The notes under the pieces: generated by a model
Seen by the model: the letters and a program-made list of their open reading frames with translations, nothing else
What the model was told of the DNA's origin: nothing
Database searches by the model: none
Translations under genes and position numbers: made by a program
Shown here: positions 32,143-44,867 of the stretch, one piece after another
Layout: the number at the start of each line of letters is the position of its first letter
How positions within the stretch are numbered: the stretch's first letter is position 1
Sequence record: NC_027349.1
Strand: one strand, 5' to 3'
DNA length: 64,000 bases
Source: Escherichia phage HY01

Positions 32143-32391
32143 TTACTTCAGTGTTACCACAAAGTGACGAACTGCTTTTCGTGCAGCAGAAGCCAGAGGC
32201 TTAGCATACTTAAGTTCATCTTTTTCCTGAAGCTCAGCGGCTAATGCAGTTTGAGCAGGATTCAGATGTTTGAAATAACGCAGGATTTCAAGAGCTTCGG
32301 CTTCAACATCAATAGATGCGCCATAGTTTTCGTGACCATTATTCCATGCGTTTCGTTGCAGTTCAAGAGCGTGTTGTAATTGTTTAATCAT
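32143..32391 (-). CDS. rIII: rIII lysis-inhibition accessory protein (82 aa)
   Basis: Size and position between 31 and the 30.x genes as in T4. Confidence 0.65.
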   Translation of the reverse strand: MIKQLQHALELQRNAWNNGHENYGASIDVEAEALEILRYFKHLNPAQTALAAELQEKDELKYAKPLASAARKAVRHFVVTLK

Positions 32392-32538
32392 TTAAAAATT
32401 CTCGTTAGAGATTAAAACTCGGTAGTCACGTTCTTCTGAATTTCATCTTCTTTCGACAGATCTCTCAGTTGTAGACTACCACATAGAATTGTTCGGTTAA
32501 CTTATTATTCCGACACCCAATTCATATTATTATTTATA

Positions 32539-32877
32539 TCACTTATAAAGACATGGAATAGCTTTATAGTGACAGGTAACGAATTTTTGTTTAATTTCTT
32601 TTGGCTGCTTAAGACCCAGAGCTACAAAAGGATGCGGAACGTTTCGAATTTGACCAACTGGCAGAGAAGTCAAATCACCAACTTCGCAGAAACCTTCAGG
32701 AACATCAGGACCAACAGAGTGAATTACACACAGTTCAGGAACTTCACCTTGAACACGTTTACCGATAATAAGTCCTGATTCTGTAACTTCTTCATCACCG
32801 GCTTGTGCAGGTTCAGAAACTAAAATAACATATTCACCGACAGCACGAATTGGTAGTAGCTGTTGTACTTCAGACAT
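32539..32877 (-). CDS. 31: gp31 co-chaperonin (GroES analogue, 112 aa)
   Basis: Size/position/sequence as T4 gp31. Confidence 0.85.
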   Translation of the reverse strand: MSEVQQLLPIRAVGEYVILVSEPAQAGDEEVTESGLIIGKRVQGEVPELCVIHSVGPDVPEGFCEVGDLTSLPVGQIRNVPHPFVALGLKQPKEIKQKFVTCHYKAIPCLYK

Positions 32878-32933
32878 CGTTTTTCCTTTTTGTTAACAGA
32901 TGAATTAATAATAACAAATAATTCTTAAAGCAT

Positions 32934-33242
32934 TTATTTACCAATAAATTGAAGCAAATGCTCAACTTTCATACCATTAACAGAAATCAATTTGTCAATA
33001 GAAAAACCTCGCCATACACCAAGCTCAACATCAAATACTGGAATCATATCAGTAGATTCTTTCCGAGTAGATTCAGTCAATTTACCGGTTTGCATGGTTG
33101 GCATAAAGTCTGCATCACGAGTACCTTTCATAATACGAATAGTACCATCAGACTTTTCAAAAACCACGTTTGAAATACCCATGGACAATTTAGTTTTCAA
33201 AATTTCACGAATTGCTACTTTCTGTTCAGTCGTCAGTTTCAT
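32934..33242 (-). CDS. Hypothetical protein (31.1 position)
   Basis: ORF. Confidence 0.5.
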   Translation of the reverse strand: MKLTTEQKVAIREILKTKLSMGISNVVFEKSDGTIRIMKGTRDADFMPTMQTGKLTESTRKESTDMIPVFDVELGVWRGFSIDKLISVNGMKVEHLLQFIGK

Positions 33243-33479
33243 TTATTTACCTATCACAGTTTTAATATGAGTTGTTCCACGTTCTTTAAGAGTGGAAAGC
33301 AATTTTTGGCATTTTTCTAAATCAGATTTCCAACTATACGGTCTATCAATACAAACCCAGTTTGACTTATAATACTGCTTCCATTTAGAGAAAAAATACT
33401 TCTTATACTCTACAGCAAATGAAATGTTCTCGTTGGAATAAGAACTAATTGCTGTGAGTTGTACCAAACGAAATTTCAT
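33243..33479 (-). CDS. Hypothetical protein (31.2 position)
   Basis: ORF. Confidence 0.5.
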   Translation of the reverse strand: MKFRLVQLTAISSYSNENISFAVEYKKYFFSKWKQYYKSNWVCIDRPYSWKSDLEKCQKLLSTLKERGTTHIKTVIGK

Positions 33480-34060
33480 TATTCACCACAGAATTCGTTG
33501 ATATTTTCCCAATTTAACTTATTCAAGTTTTTCTTAGGAACATTAAACACTTCAATACCCGCATTTCGCAGAATATCATCCCATCCAGGTTTATTTTTAT
33601 CGTATGTTTCGCAATAAACCAGCTTTTTAATTCCAGATTGAGCTATCGCTTTTGCACAATCCTGGCAAGGAGAAAGTGTTACATACATAGTAGCACCTTC
33701 AATTGAAGAACCGTTTCGTGCAGCAAACAAAATTGCATTTAGTTCAGCATGAATTTCATTTTTAGACGACCATTCAGAGTGAGCGCTACGGTGTTCTTTC
33801 GCCAAGACAAAACGATCAGTTGAACCAAACGATACACATTCGGATTTATGACCTTGAATGATAGTATGTTTAGGTTTATTCAACAACCAACCTTGCTCAG
33901 CAGCATAATCACAACAGTTCACACCACCTGCCGGAGAACCGTTATATCCAGTAGAAATAATACGTCCATTCTTTTCAATTACTGCTCCTACCTTCCAGGA
34001 GCAACATTTGGATTCTTGTGATACTAAATATGCAATTTGAAGTACTGTACTCGCTTTCAT
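33479..34060 (-). CDS. cd: dCMP deaminase (193 aa)
   Basis: Cytidine/deoxycytidylate deaminase zinc motifs HAELNAI and PCQDCA. Confidence 0.9.
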   Translation of the reverse strand: MKASTVLQIAYLVSQESKCCSWKVGAVIEKNGRIISTGYNGSPAGGVNCCDYAAEQGWLLNKPKHTIIQGHKSECVSFGSTDRFVLAKEHRSAHSEWSSKNEIHAELNAILFAARNGSSIEGATMYVTLSPCQDCAKAIAQSGIKKLVYCETYDKNKPGWDDILRNAGIEVFNVPKKNLNKLNWENINEFCGE

Positions 34061-34395
34061 TTCATAATCACCAGATAAGCAGATTTAGCAGTTTCAACAC
34101 GATAAATTTCGTGACGAAGTTTAGTTATACTTTTAATAACAGAACTAATTATATTCTGCCCGTCTTTAAAGCGGTTTTTCTTATCAATAAAAATTGCACC
34201 AGCCATCTTTTTGTGAAGCTCAACCGGATACTTCGTCACAATAATAGCATCATACACAGAAGGATGAATACTGTTCACCAGAGTATCATTCATTAAAGTT
34301 ATTCTAATGAACTGTGCTGTGTCAGAGTCAAGCGCTCTATGATCGCCAGTATCATTTTCAAGACAATTATCAATTATATCAGTTAAATTCATCAT
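34057..34395 (-). CDS. Hypothetical protein, 112 aa
   Basis: ORF in cd-pseT interval. Confidence 0.5.
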   Translation of the reverse strand: MMNLTDIIDNCLENDTGDHRALDSDTAQFIRITLMNDTLVNSIHPSVYDAIIVTKYPVELHKKMAGAIFIDKKNRFKDGQNIISSVIKSITKLRHEIYRVETAKSAYLVIMK

Positions 34396-34628
34396 AGTAC
34401 GCCATACACCCTTTGTGCTTCAACTAATCCATCAAAATCCAGTTTAAGATGTGTTATTTGGTCACCATCACCTGGATTCACAATTACTAATACTGAACGA
34501 GGAGTTTCGGTAATAACACGAACCGATGTTTCAGGAAATCGTTCAGAAACCTTATTTACCAATTCTTGAGCAAATAGTTTAACTTTTTCTTGGAATTCTT
34601 TAACAGTAATTGGTTTTTCACTTAGCAT
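34392..34628 (-). CDS. Hypothetical protein, 78 aa
   Basis: ORF. Confidence 0.5.
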   Translation of the reverse strand: MLSEKPITVKEFQEKVKLFAQELVNKVSERFPETSVRVITETPRSVLVIVNPGDGDQITHLKLDFDGLVEAQRVYGVL

Positions 34629-35149
34629 GTTGATCCCAGCTCCTTACTTTCAACGTTTTTAACTAATTTGACAGAAACTAATTCAGCATCTTGAGTAATC
34701 ATTACCGGACCTTCTTCATACTCTTCAAGATATTCTAGAGCTTTCTTTTTAGCTTCTTCCTTCGTATCAGTTTGAGCATAGATATAGAACATACAACCAG
34801 TAATACCTACTACTTTCCACTTAATTTCTTTATCAGTTTTAATTTCAAATTTACTGACAGAACCATCTTTTTGAACTTCTTCGAAAAAAGAATATTCTAG
34901 CATATAAGCAATTGAAAATAACGGACTAACTTTATAGGATTCACCCATTACATCAACAGCTTTATACCAGCAATCATCAATTTCGCGTTTAATGCTAATA
35001 ACATTTTTCGCAGGATCTATTTTTACTTTAAATGAATTTTCCCCAATAAACTGGGCAATTCGTTTATTAGCCCCGCAAGTTTCATTAAAAATATCTTTAT
35101 ATCCAGCTTTAAAGCGATAAACCTTATCTTCTTCAAACCATTCGCTCAT
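34622..35149 (-). CDS. Hypothetical protein, 175 aa
   Basis: ORF. Confidence 0.5.
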   Translation of the reverse strand: MSEWFEEDKVYRFKAGYKDIFNETCGANKRIAQFIGENSFKVKIDPAKNVISIKREIDDCWYKAVDVMGESYKVSPLFSIAYMLEYSFFEEVQKDGSVSKFEIKTDKEIKWKVVGITGCMFYIYAQTDTKEEAKKKALEYLEEYEEGPVMITQDAELVSVKLVKNVESKELGSTC

Positions 35150-35211
35150 TTCAATTTCCTCATTTGTTTTGGTAGAGCTATAATATCACAACTCTACCGT
35201 AAAGTAAACTA

Positions 35212-35487
35212 TTAAATTGCTTTGAATTCTGATGTCTGTGATTCAAAACGAATATCGCCTTTGATGACTAGCTCAGCATCAAGACCGAATACGACAATGA
35301 TATGCGCGGAACCTGGATACAGCGTAATAGCAATAGAATCCACCTGGTCTGGAAGCAAAGTGTTCAATACATGAGTCACTTGAGCATGAATTCGAAGCTC
35401 AGCTGCATTATCAAGCTTTTCAAACATGTTATTAGCGATAATTTGACTAAACACTACTTCTACGATTTTAGAATAAGTCGGAAACAT
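35212..35487 (-). CDS. Hypothetical protein, 91 aa
   Basis: ORF preceded by early-type promoter. Confidence 0.45.
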   Translation of the reverse strand: MFPTYSKIVEVVFSQIIANNMFEKLDNAAELRIHAQVTHVLNTLLPDQVDSIAITLYPGSAHIIVVFGLDAELVIKGDIRFESQTSEFKAI

Positions 35488-35489
35488 AT

Positions 35490-35690
35490 TTACCTCACAT
35501 AATTTTCTTCAAGCCAATCAATAACATCCAACGCATTATCAAAAGTTGAACCATCTACTTTGTCTTCTGTTTCATAATCAAGAACATCTAAACCCACTCT
35601 TCCATCAACAATAGGCCATAAACAAAATAGATATTTCTTTTCTTTTTCAATTTTATCACAAAGTCGATAAATCTTTTCTATGTTATTCAT
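35490..35690 (-). CDS. Hypothetical protein, 66 aa
   Basis: ORF. Confidence 0.45.
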   Translation of the reverse strand: MNNIEKIYRLCDKIEKEKKYLFCLWPIVDGRVGLDVLDYETEDKVDGSTFDNALDVIDWLEENYVR

Positions 35691-35879
35691 AAGTTTTCCA
35701 TGGTAAAGGCAGTTTAGTTTTCTTTACTGTTAGTTCAACATCAGGATTCTTTTCTCTTAATTTAAGACATTCCTCCCAAGCCCTAATTTCACTAGTGAAT
35801 ACACAAAATTGCCCATTACTAGTACCAACTAAACCGCTATTTACAATAACAATAGCCCAAGTTTCATGATGCAAAGCCA

Positions 35880-35880
<1 letters not shown>
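35683..35880 (-). CDS. Hypothetical protein, 65 aa
   Basis: ORF. Confidence 0.45.
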
Positions 35881-37101
<1,221 letters not shown>

Positions 37102-37105
<4 letters not shown>

Positions 37106-37332
37106 TTATTTTTCTCAACCAATGATTGAATATAATCATGCAGGTCTTTAGATGCTTTACCCCACTTATTTTGATATTCATTTTTAAGATTAGCCCGAGA
37201 TTGAGCTAATAAAACATCATTAGTTGGAGGTAAAGATTCTAATCTTTGAATCTGACGTCCATAAATCATTGCAGCCATCTCAGATTCATAAATCAATCCT
37301 TTGAGATGTTCAAATTGATGCCATGAAATCAT
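37102..37332 (-). CDS. Hypothetical protein, 76 aa
   Basis: ORF. Confidence 0.45.
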
Positions 37333-37628
37333 TTACATTTATCCTCTTTTAGCTCTTGACGATAATAACATATCATAGTTTTTTGGTCATGTACATATCG
37401 TTTTACATCATTAAGCCAAATACGAAATTCCTGGGAATCTTCAAATGGCATACCGACCCAAGCTTTACCATCAATAACTTTAACTTGCCAAGAAAGTTTA
37501 GCTTCATCGTATGACTTTATTTGTACTGGCCAATTAGGATGAACTGTTTCTTTCTTTACTTCTAGAGGCTTTGTCGAACAACCAACTAGAAGACCAATAG
37601 ATAATATTACTGCTGATAGTTTAATCAT
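37329..37628 (-). CDS. Outer-membrane lipoprotein, probable o-spanin (99 aa)
   Basis: Signal peptide with lipobox LLVGC|S; adjacent to i-spanin-like gene; T4 spanins map to pseT.2/pseT.3. Confidence 0.6.
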   Translation of the reverse strand: MIKLSAVILSIGLLVGCSTKPLEVKKETVHPNWPVQIKSYDEAKLSWQVKVIDGKAWVGMPFEDSQEFRIWLNDVKRYVHDQKTMICYYRQELKEDKCK

Positions 37629-37978
37629 TTAGAAAGGTCCTGGATGTCTTCTGCGAACTTGTTGAAGGAGTTGTTGATTTGTTTTTCAACCAATCCTGGC
37701 TTATGAGCCACCACATCCGCCTTCTTTGCATCTTTGCGCAGTTTTTCATTTTCACGCTCAATAGCAGCAATTGCCTCACGATTTTTATTATTCATCGCAT
37801 CAATATAATTATACTGAATTCGCAAATTATTTAATGCTAAAGCGTTTTCATTGGCCGTTTTTGTAATTTCTACAACAGACGTTTCTAATCTTTCAATTTT
37901 ATTTTTTAAAATTAAAGAAGTTCCGCCCAATGCAATTACAATTAATAACAAGCCTGTTGTCGTATTACTTAATTGCAT
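37625..37978 (-). CDS. Inner-membrane coiled-coil protein, probable i-spanin (117 aa)
   Basis: N-terminal TM helix GLLLIVIALGGTSLIL followed by helical charged domain; overlaps o-spanin start. Confidence 0.6.
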   Translation of the reverse strand: MQLSNTTTGLLLIVIALGGTSLILKNKIERLETSVVEITKTANENALALNNLRIQYNYIDAMNNKNREAIAAIERENEKLRKDAKKADVVAHKPGLVEKQINNSFNKFAEDIQDLSK

Positions 37979-38472
37979 AAAGTTTTAATAACCTCTATAA
38001 TATCGTCTTGAGAAAGACCGTTAATTAAAATATGATGTTCAGCCGGAGATTTAGAAATTTTAAAGCATGCCTCAACATCTTCTGCCATATCCGATGCGCT
38101 ACGATTTGGATTACTAATTCCAAGACGATGTTTTCCCGTTAAAGGATTAACGATGATATAGCATTTACAGTTATTAATATGAACATTAGGTTGAGTCTGA
38201 TTAATGAATACATCACAATCATATTTCGCAAGCTGATTTTCTAAAAAGACTTTCATCTCCTCAACTGCATCAGGAAGCATATCACGGGCTTGCTCAAGAC
38301 GACGATTTCGATATTCTTTAATGGTCGTTTTCCGCTTGACTTGCTTAGCTAAATCTTTCTTAAGATCGGTGATATATCCAACTCGACGATTTCCTTTAAA
38401 TACAGAAATCCCATCTGTAGTATCACCGTATGCTTCAACGACCATCTCAGTAGTAATAAGCTGCAAATCCAT
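37969..38472 (-). CDS. alc: Alc, host transcription terminator on dC-DNA (167 aa)
   Basis: Size/position as T4 Alc. Confidence 0.7.
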   Translation of the reverse strand: MDLQLITTEMVVEAYGDTTDGISVFKGNRRVGYITDLKKDLAKQVKRKTTIKEYRNRRLEQARDMLPDAVEEMKVFLENQLAKYDCDVFINQTQPNVHINNCKCYIIVNPLTGKHRLGISNPNRSASDMAEDVEACFKISKSPAEHHILINGLSQDDIIEVIKTLCN

Positions 38473-38479
38473 TATAAAG

Positions 38480-38533
38480 TCCTCATGTTATGTCAGTAAG
38501 ACTACTATAACACAACACGAGGGACTTGTAAAC
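38480..38533 (-). promoter_or_regulatory. Early-promoter cassette copy B upstream of alc (52/54 identical to copy A)
   Basis: Same 54-bp sequence with two C/T differences that turn -10 TATAAT into TATAGT. Confidence 0.5.
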
Positions 38534-38536
38534 AGC

Positions 38537-40124
<1,588 letters not shown>

Positions 40125-40151
40125 AATAAAATGGGCCTTGCGGCCCACTCC

Positions 40152-41330
40152 TTAAAAATATTTTTTAAAACTCATCATAACTTTATCATCAACATCATTA
40201 TCAATCTGTGCTACAAGATAAGATGACAGTTCTACTTCTTGTGGCGCGGATTGAACATTATCAGAATTAAGGTATTCACGAATCCAAGGATACGGGTGTT
40301 TAACCGGAGCATCGGTAATTGGGCATGGAAGACCACACTGTTTCATACGAGATACAGTTAAGTAATCAATAAAGCTCCACATGCTATTTGTATTTAATCC
40401 AGGAACATCGCCATCTTTAAATAAATGAACTGCCCAGTCTTTTTCTTGACGGTTAACTTCCATGAAAATATCAACTGCTTCTTGTTCACACTCTTGAGCA
40501 ATTTTAACCCATTCATCACCGTCAGTGCCAAGTTGAAGTTGACGAATAATATATTGAGTGCCTTTAAGATGAAGTTGTTCATCACGTGCAATGAACTTCA
40601 TAATCTTGGCATTACCTTCCATGATTTCCATGTTCTTATGGAAGTTAAAGGTACATGCGAAAGATACATAAAAACGAATAGCTTCCAATGCATTGATTAC
40701 ATGGAGGCAAAGATAAAGAGATTTCATTAGTGCTCGTTTAGCTTCGGCTTCTTGTTTAATAGCTCGATTTAAACGAAAATCAGCATCAGGAGATTCTTTA
40801 GCTAGTTCTACAAATTCTTTAGCATTTTCCCATTCACGGGTCTTCTTAAGAACATCATCGTAATAGCGACCAATGGACTCAGCGCGTTTCATAATATCTT
40901 CATCTAATACAATCTCATCAAATACCTTTGACGGATCAGTATAAAGATTTCGCATGATATGGGTATATGAACGGCTGTGAATAGTTTCACTAAAAGTCCA
41001 TGTAGCAACCCACGTATCAAGGCTTGGGTCTGAAATTAACGACATAAGTACAGCAGACGGTGCACGACCCTGAATGCTATCCAAAAGTGATTGATACTTC
41101 AGGTTATTAGTAAAAATATCTTGCTGATACTGAGGAAGCTTGTTAAATTGTGCAGCATCCATCATTAAGTTTACTTCTTCAGGACGCCAGAAAAATGACA
41201 ACTGCTTTTCGGTTAAATCTTCAAAAACTTTATGACGTTGAATATCATAACGCGCAATACCAAGACCTGATCCGAAGAACATAGGTTCTTTTAAAACATC
41301 AACTGGATTTGTATTAAAAACTGTGCTCAT
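40152..41330 (-). CDS. nrdB: Ribonucleotide reductase small (beta) subunit, uninterrupted (392 aa)
   Basis: Di-iron ligand helices (EAIRFY, ARDEQLH); contiguous ORF, no intron. Confidence 0.9.
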   Translation of the reverse strand: MSTVFNTNPVDVLKEPMFFGSGLGIARYDIQRHKVFEDLTEKQLSFFWRPEEVNLMMDAAQFNKLPQYQQDIFTNNLKYQSLLDSIQGRAPSAVLMSLISDPSLDTWVATWTFSETIHSRSYTHIMRNLYTDPSKVFDEIVLDEDIMKRAESIGRYYDDVLKKTREWENAKEFVELAKESPDADFRLNRAIKQEAEAKRALMKSLYLCLHVINALEAIRFYVSFACTFNFHKNMEIMEGNAKIMKFIARDEQLHLKGTQYIIRQLQLGTDGDEWVKIAQECEQEAVDIFMEVNRQEKDWAVHLFKDGDVPGLNTNSMWSFIDYLTVSRMKQCGLPCPITDAPVKHPYPWIREYLNSDNVQSAPQEVELSSYLVAQIDNDVDDKVMMSFKKYF

Positions 41331-41381
41331 AAATTTTCCGCTTAGTTAATAGATAGTGACTCGTCCGTGAGTCAAATTATA

Positions 41382-42371
41382 TCATAATTTACAGGATGAA
41401 CAATCTTCAGCTTTTGGAGTTTCTATTTCATAATCATCAGTACCAGAACCGTCGCGGGTATTATGATAATAGAAATTTTTTCCGCCAAAATACCAAAAGT
41501 ACAAAAGGTCATCAATCATTACAGACATTGGAACCTTTCCTTTTGGAAAAATCTGCGGGTCATAATATGTATTCGCTGAAGCTGATTGACATACCCATTT
41601 CAGCATAATAGCTACCTGCGTAAGATAAGGTTTATTACCTTTCTTAGCTAATTTCCATGTATAATCATAGAGGTCTATGTTATGTTCAATATTGGGCACG
41701 ACTTGATTAAAGGAACCCTCTTTTGATTCTTTAACCGAGACTGGTCCACGTGGAGGCTCGATGCCGTTTGTACTGTTAGAAACTTGGGAAGATGACTCAC
41801 ATGGCATAAGTGCTGATAATGTGCTATTACGGATGCCAAAGAGCTTAAGGTCTTCCCGCAGCTCCGACCAGTCACAAACGTATTTTGGAGCTGCGATTTG
41901 GTCAATCTTTTTATTGTACCAGTCGATAGGTAATTCGCCTCGAGACCAACGAGTGTCTGAATAATATTCGCAAGGTCCTTTTTCTTTGGCGAGCTTAATG
42001 GATGCTTTAATGAGCCCATACTGTAATCTCTCAAATAGTTCATGTGTTAAATCGTTAGCATCTTCATAAGAAGCAAAGTTACTTGCCAGCCAAGCTGCAT
42101 AGTTAGTAACACCTACGCCAAGGTTTCGACGCTTTTTAGCTTTTTCTGCTTCAGGAACTGGATATCCTTGGTAATCCAAAAGATTATCAAGAGCGCGAAC
42201 TTGAACTTCTGCCAATTCATTAATTTTATCTTGGTCTTGCCAATCGAAGTTATCTAGCACAAATGCAGAGAGAGTGCAGAGGCCCACTTCACCTTTGTTT
42301 TCAATAACTTGTATTGTTGTATACTCATCATCTTCGTAAAATTCATCTACAAATTCATAATCAATATTCAT
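41382..42371 (-). CDS. nrdA: Ribonucleotide reductase large subunit, C-terminal fragment (329 aa)
   Basis: Contains GEVGLCTLSAF class I RNR region and C-terminal Cys pair; own ATG overlapping HNH stop. Confidence 0.8.
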   Translation of the reverse strand: MNIDYEFVDEFYEDDEYTTIQVIENKGEVGLCTLSAFVLDNFDWQDQDKINELAEVQVRALDNLLDYQGYPVPEAEKAKKRRNLGVGVTNYAAWLASNFASYEDANDLTHELFERLQYGLIKASIKLAKEKGPCEYYSDTRWSRGELPIDWYNKKIDQIAAPKYVCDWSELREDLKLFGIRNSTLSALMPCESSSQVSNSTNGIEPPRGPVSVKESKEGSFNQVVPNIEHNIDLYDYTWKLAKKGNKPYLTQVAIMLKWVCQSASANTYYDPQIFPKGKVPMSVMIDDLLYFWYFGGKNFYYHNTRDGSGTDDYEIETPKAEDCSSCKL

Positions 42372-43071
42372 TTAATTCTTCTACCTTTTTTCGAGATATT
42401 CCTAGAGCTTTAGATGCTCGATGTATTGATTGATATTCTATACCGTTTATTTTTACAGCAATTAAGTTATGGGGTTTTAATCCCTTTGGATGAGGTTTAC
42501 TGACGTATTCTTGATTATCGTTTTCAGAGATATTATCAAGCTTTCGACACTTAAAGCCTTTATGTTGAGACCTTTTGCCTTTGCATACGGCCGACATTGC
42601 CGAAGCATTGAGTGAATGTAGTTCGCAAAATTCTCTTAGGCCTTTATGGATTTCTTCATGACCGTCCGGGAAAGTAAATACCCAAGTTGTTTGAAGTTTT
42701 TCTCTATGCTCGTCAGTTACCGGAATACCTTTGTTCCAAGCTGGTTTGCCTTTATTATTTTCAGATACAGAAATAGCCAATTTTCTTCTAAGCCACCCAT
42801 GGCGTTTATTGGTGTTCTTTCGTTCAATATTATCTTCAGAATAAACACACATCATATTAGCGGCAAATACCAATTTATGATTATCTGGATATATCTTTAC
42901 TAATAATTGATGAGCTATGTAATGCTCTTCGGGTGTCAAATCTACCAGGTTTTCCTTTGTATCAGAACCACCAATACACAGAGGTATAATATGGTGTGAT
43001 TCGGTATAGCAATCTAATTTTCTGTTCTTAGCTTTAGAAATAAGGTTATTGTAAATTTTAGAATAATCCAT
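42361..43071 (-). CDS. HNH homing endonuclease (236 aa) inserted within nrdA
   Basis: HNH motif ESHHIIPLCIGGSDTKENLVDLTPEEHYIAH; C-terminal HTH-like region. Confidence 0.8.
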   Translation of the reverse strand: MDYSKIYNNLISKAKNRKLDCYTESHHIIPLCIGGSDTKENLVDLTPEEHYIAHQLLVKIYPDNHKLVFAANMMCVYSEDNIERKNTNKRHGWLRRKLAISVSENNKGKPAWNKGIPVTDEHREKLQTTWVFTFPDGHEEIHKGLREFCELHSLNASAMSAVCKGKRSQHKGFKCRKLDNISENDNQEYVSKPHPKGLKPHNLIAVKINGIEYQSIHRASKALGISRKKVEELNEY

Positions 43072-43116
43072 AACTTTTCCTCTTGTTATGGATTATTTAT
43101 TAACGGTCTGTGTACT
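42361..43116 (-). mobile_element. Homing-endonuclease gene insertion splitting nrdA
   Basis: Interval between the conserved nrdA N- and C-parts, occupied almost entirely by the HNH ORF. Confidence 0.65.
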
Positions 43117-44550
43117 TTATTTGCTTTGAATTATACCGCCAGGATTAGCTTCATAAAACTTAGCTACATCCGACTTCTTAATTTTGATTAAACGGGTTTG
43201 TTGGCTATTCACATCATTTGTTGGAATAGCAATTTCACAGCACAAATTACTCTGACGAATAGGTGCTTTTTCACGAATAAACGGAGTATAGTTATTCGTA
43301 TTATCAATGAACTGCACATAAATCCTTGCTGTTCCTGATCGTTCAGTCATGAGTAGTTCAAACAGTTCACGTGCTTTAATACGCTTTTTACGAATATTAG
43401 GGTCTTTTTCTGCGGCTTCGTATAATTCACGGAAACGGTCTTGGTCTTTAAAATAAGAATAATAAAGCTCGCCACCCATTTCATGCGGACTGAACAAAGT
43501 AATGTAGTCGTTCTTTCCAAAACGTTCCATCATCAAATCATTCAGCTGGACGCCATAATCCATATGACGGATACGGTTTTCTTCTACGCCTTTGTTATTT
43601 TTCAAAACGAGAAGATTTTCAACTTCCAAATGCCAAATAGGATAATAAGCAGTAGCAGCGCCGCCACGAATTCCGCCCTGTGAACACGATTTAACAGCAG
43701 TCTGAAAATGTTTCCAAAAAGGAATAACACCAGTATGACGCACTTCACCTGTGCCAATCTTAGAACCTTCGGCACGAATCATACCAACGTTAATACCAAT
43801 TCCAGCGCGTTTGGAGATATATTCAACAATTGAAGCAGAAGCCTTATTGATAGACTTCAGCGAATCACCTGCCTCAATAACAACACATGAACTAAACTGC
43901 CGAGTTGGAGTACGACAACCAGCCATAATAGGAGTTGGCAATGAAATCTGTCGAGTAGATACTGCTTCATAAAAACGAATAACATGTTTTAATCTATCAA
44001 CAGGTTCATCTTGATGCAATGCCATTCCAATAGTCATAAATGCAAACTGTGGAGTTTCATAAATTTGACCGGTGGTTTTATCTTTAACTAGATATTTTTC
44101 TTTTAATTGCATCGCCCCGGAATAAGTAAATTCCATATCCCGCTCGTGCTTAATTTTTGATTCTAAAAATGTAATTTCTTCTGCTGAATATTTTGACAAC
44201 AGTTCAGGGTCGTATTTACCTTCATTTACACAGTAAGAAATATGGTCAATAAATGAACGTGGTTCATACTGACCGTAAACATGCTTACGAAGAGCGAACA
44301 TTAAACAGCGCGCAGCTACGTATTGATAATCAGGCTCTTCAACTGAAATAGAATTCGCAGCAGCCTTAATTACAATAGTTTGAATGTCATCAGTGGTCAT
44401 TCCATCACGGAGATATGATTTAATATTTTCATATAATTCATAAGGATCTACAGATGTTCCTTCAGCTGCCCAAGATAAAACTTTAATAATTTTTTGCGGG
44501 TCAAAGCTTTGAGAAACACCACTACTTTTGATAACATTAATTAATTGCAT
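43117..44550 (-). CDS. nrdA: Ribonucleotide reductase large subunit, N-terminal fragment (477 aa)
   Basis: ATP-cone N-terminus, class I RNR active-site region ending SNLCCEIAIPTND, then 31 non-conserved residues and stop. Confidence 0.85.
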   Translation of the reverse strand: MQLINVIKSSGVSQSFDPQKIIKVLSWAAEGTSVDPYELYENIKSYLRDGMTTDDIQTIVIKAAANSISVEEPDYQYVAARCLMFALRKHVYGQYEPRSFIDHISYCVNEGKYDPELLSKYSAEEITFLESKIKHERDMEFTYSGAMQLKEKYLVKDKTTGQIYETPQFAFMTIGMALHQDEPVDRLKHVIRFYEAVSTRQISLPTPIMAGCRTPTRQFSSCVVIEAGDSLKSINKASASIVEYISKRAGIGINVGMIRAEGSKIGTGEVRHTGVIPFWKHFQTAVKSCSQGGIRGGAATAYYPIWHLEVENLLVLKNNKGVEENRIRHMDYGVQLNDLMMERFGKNDYITLFSPHEMGGELYYSYFKDQDRFRELYEAAEKDPNIRKKRIKARELFELLMTERSGTARIYVQFIDNTNNYTPFIREKAPIRQSNLCCEIAIPTNDVNSQQTRLIKIKKSDVAKFYEANPGGIIQSK

Positions 44551-44867
44551 AAGTCCTCAACTTGAAAATCGTCTTTAAACAATCGGTTAACTATATGAGC
44601 TATTATATCACCATGACACGGCTTTGGTTTACATGTGCATCCTAGCCTCATTCCACGTAAAGGTTCTAAATGTGCTTTAGTTATTTCTCCGGATTTAATT
44701 CGACGTATAAAATCTTTTTTGAATAATTCAATGGCAGCCTCCCGGCTGCCAGCATCTTTACCGACGTAATTTCCCCAAAATGTACCACGGTGAATATTAA
44801 CATCAAAGTCGGATTTATATTTATTCACTACTTGGCATAGACGGCCCGCGCGGTGATAATTCGTCAT
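44541..44867 (-). CDS. Small Cys-motif protein, 108 aa
   Basis: ORF overlapping nrdA start; C-terminal [11 protein letters not shown] motif. Confidence 0.5.
   Translation of the reverse strand: MTNYHRAGRLCQVVNKYKSDFDVNIHRGTFWGNYVGKDAGSREAAIELFKKDFIRRIKSGEITKAHLEPLRGMRLGCTCKPKPCHGDIIAHIVNRLFKDDFQVEDLCN

Noticed and set aside
42361-43210. Group I intron in nrdA
   Set aside because: Too little non-ORF sequence for an intron core, an in-frame stop directly before the C-part ATG, and an independent start codon with SD-like sequence. A split-gene arrangement is favoured, but splicing has not been excluded experimentally.
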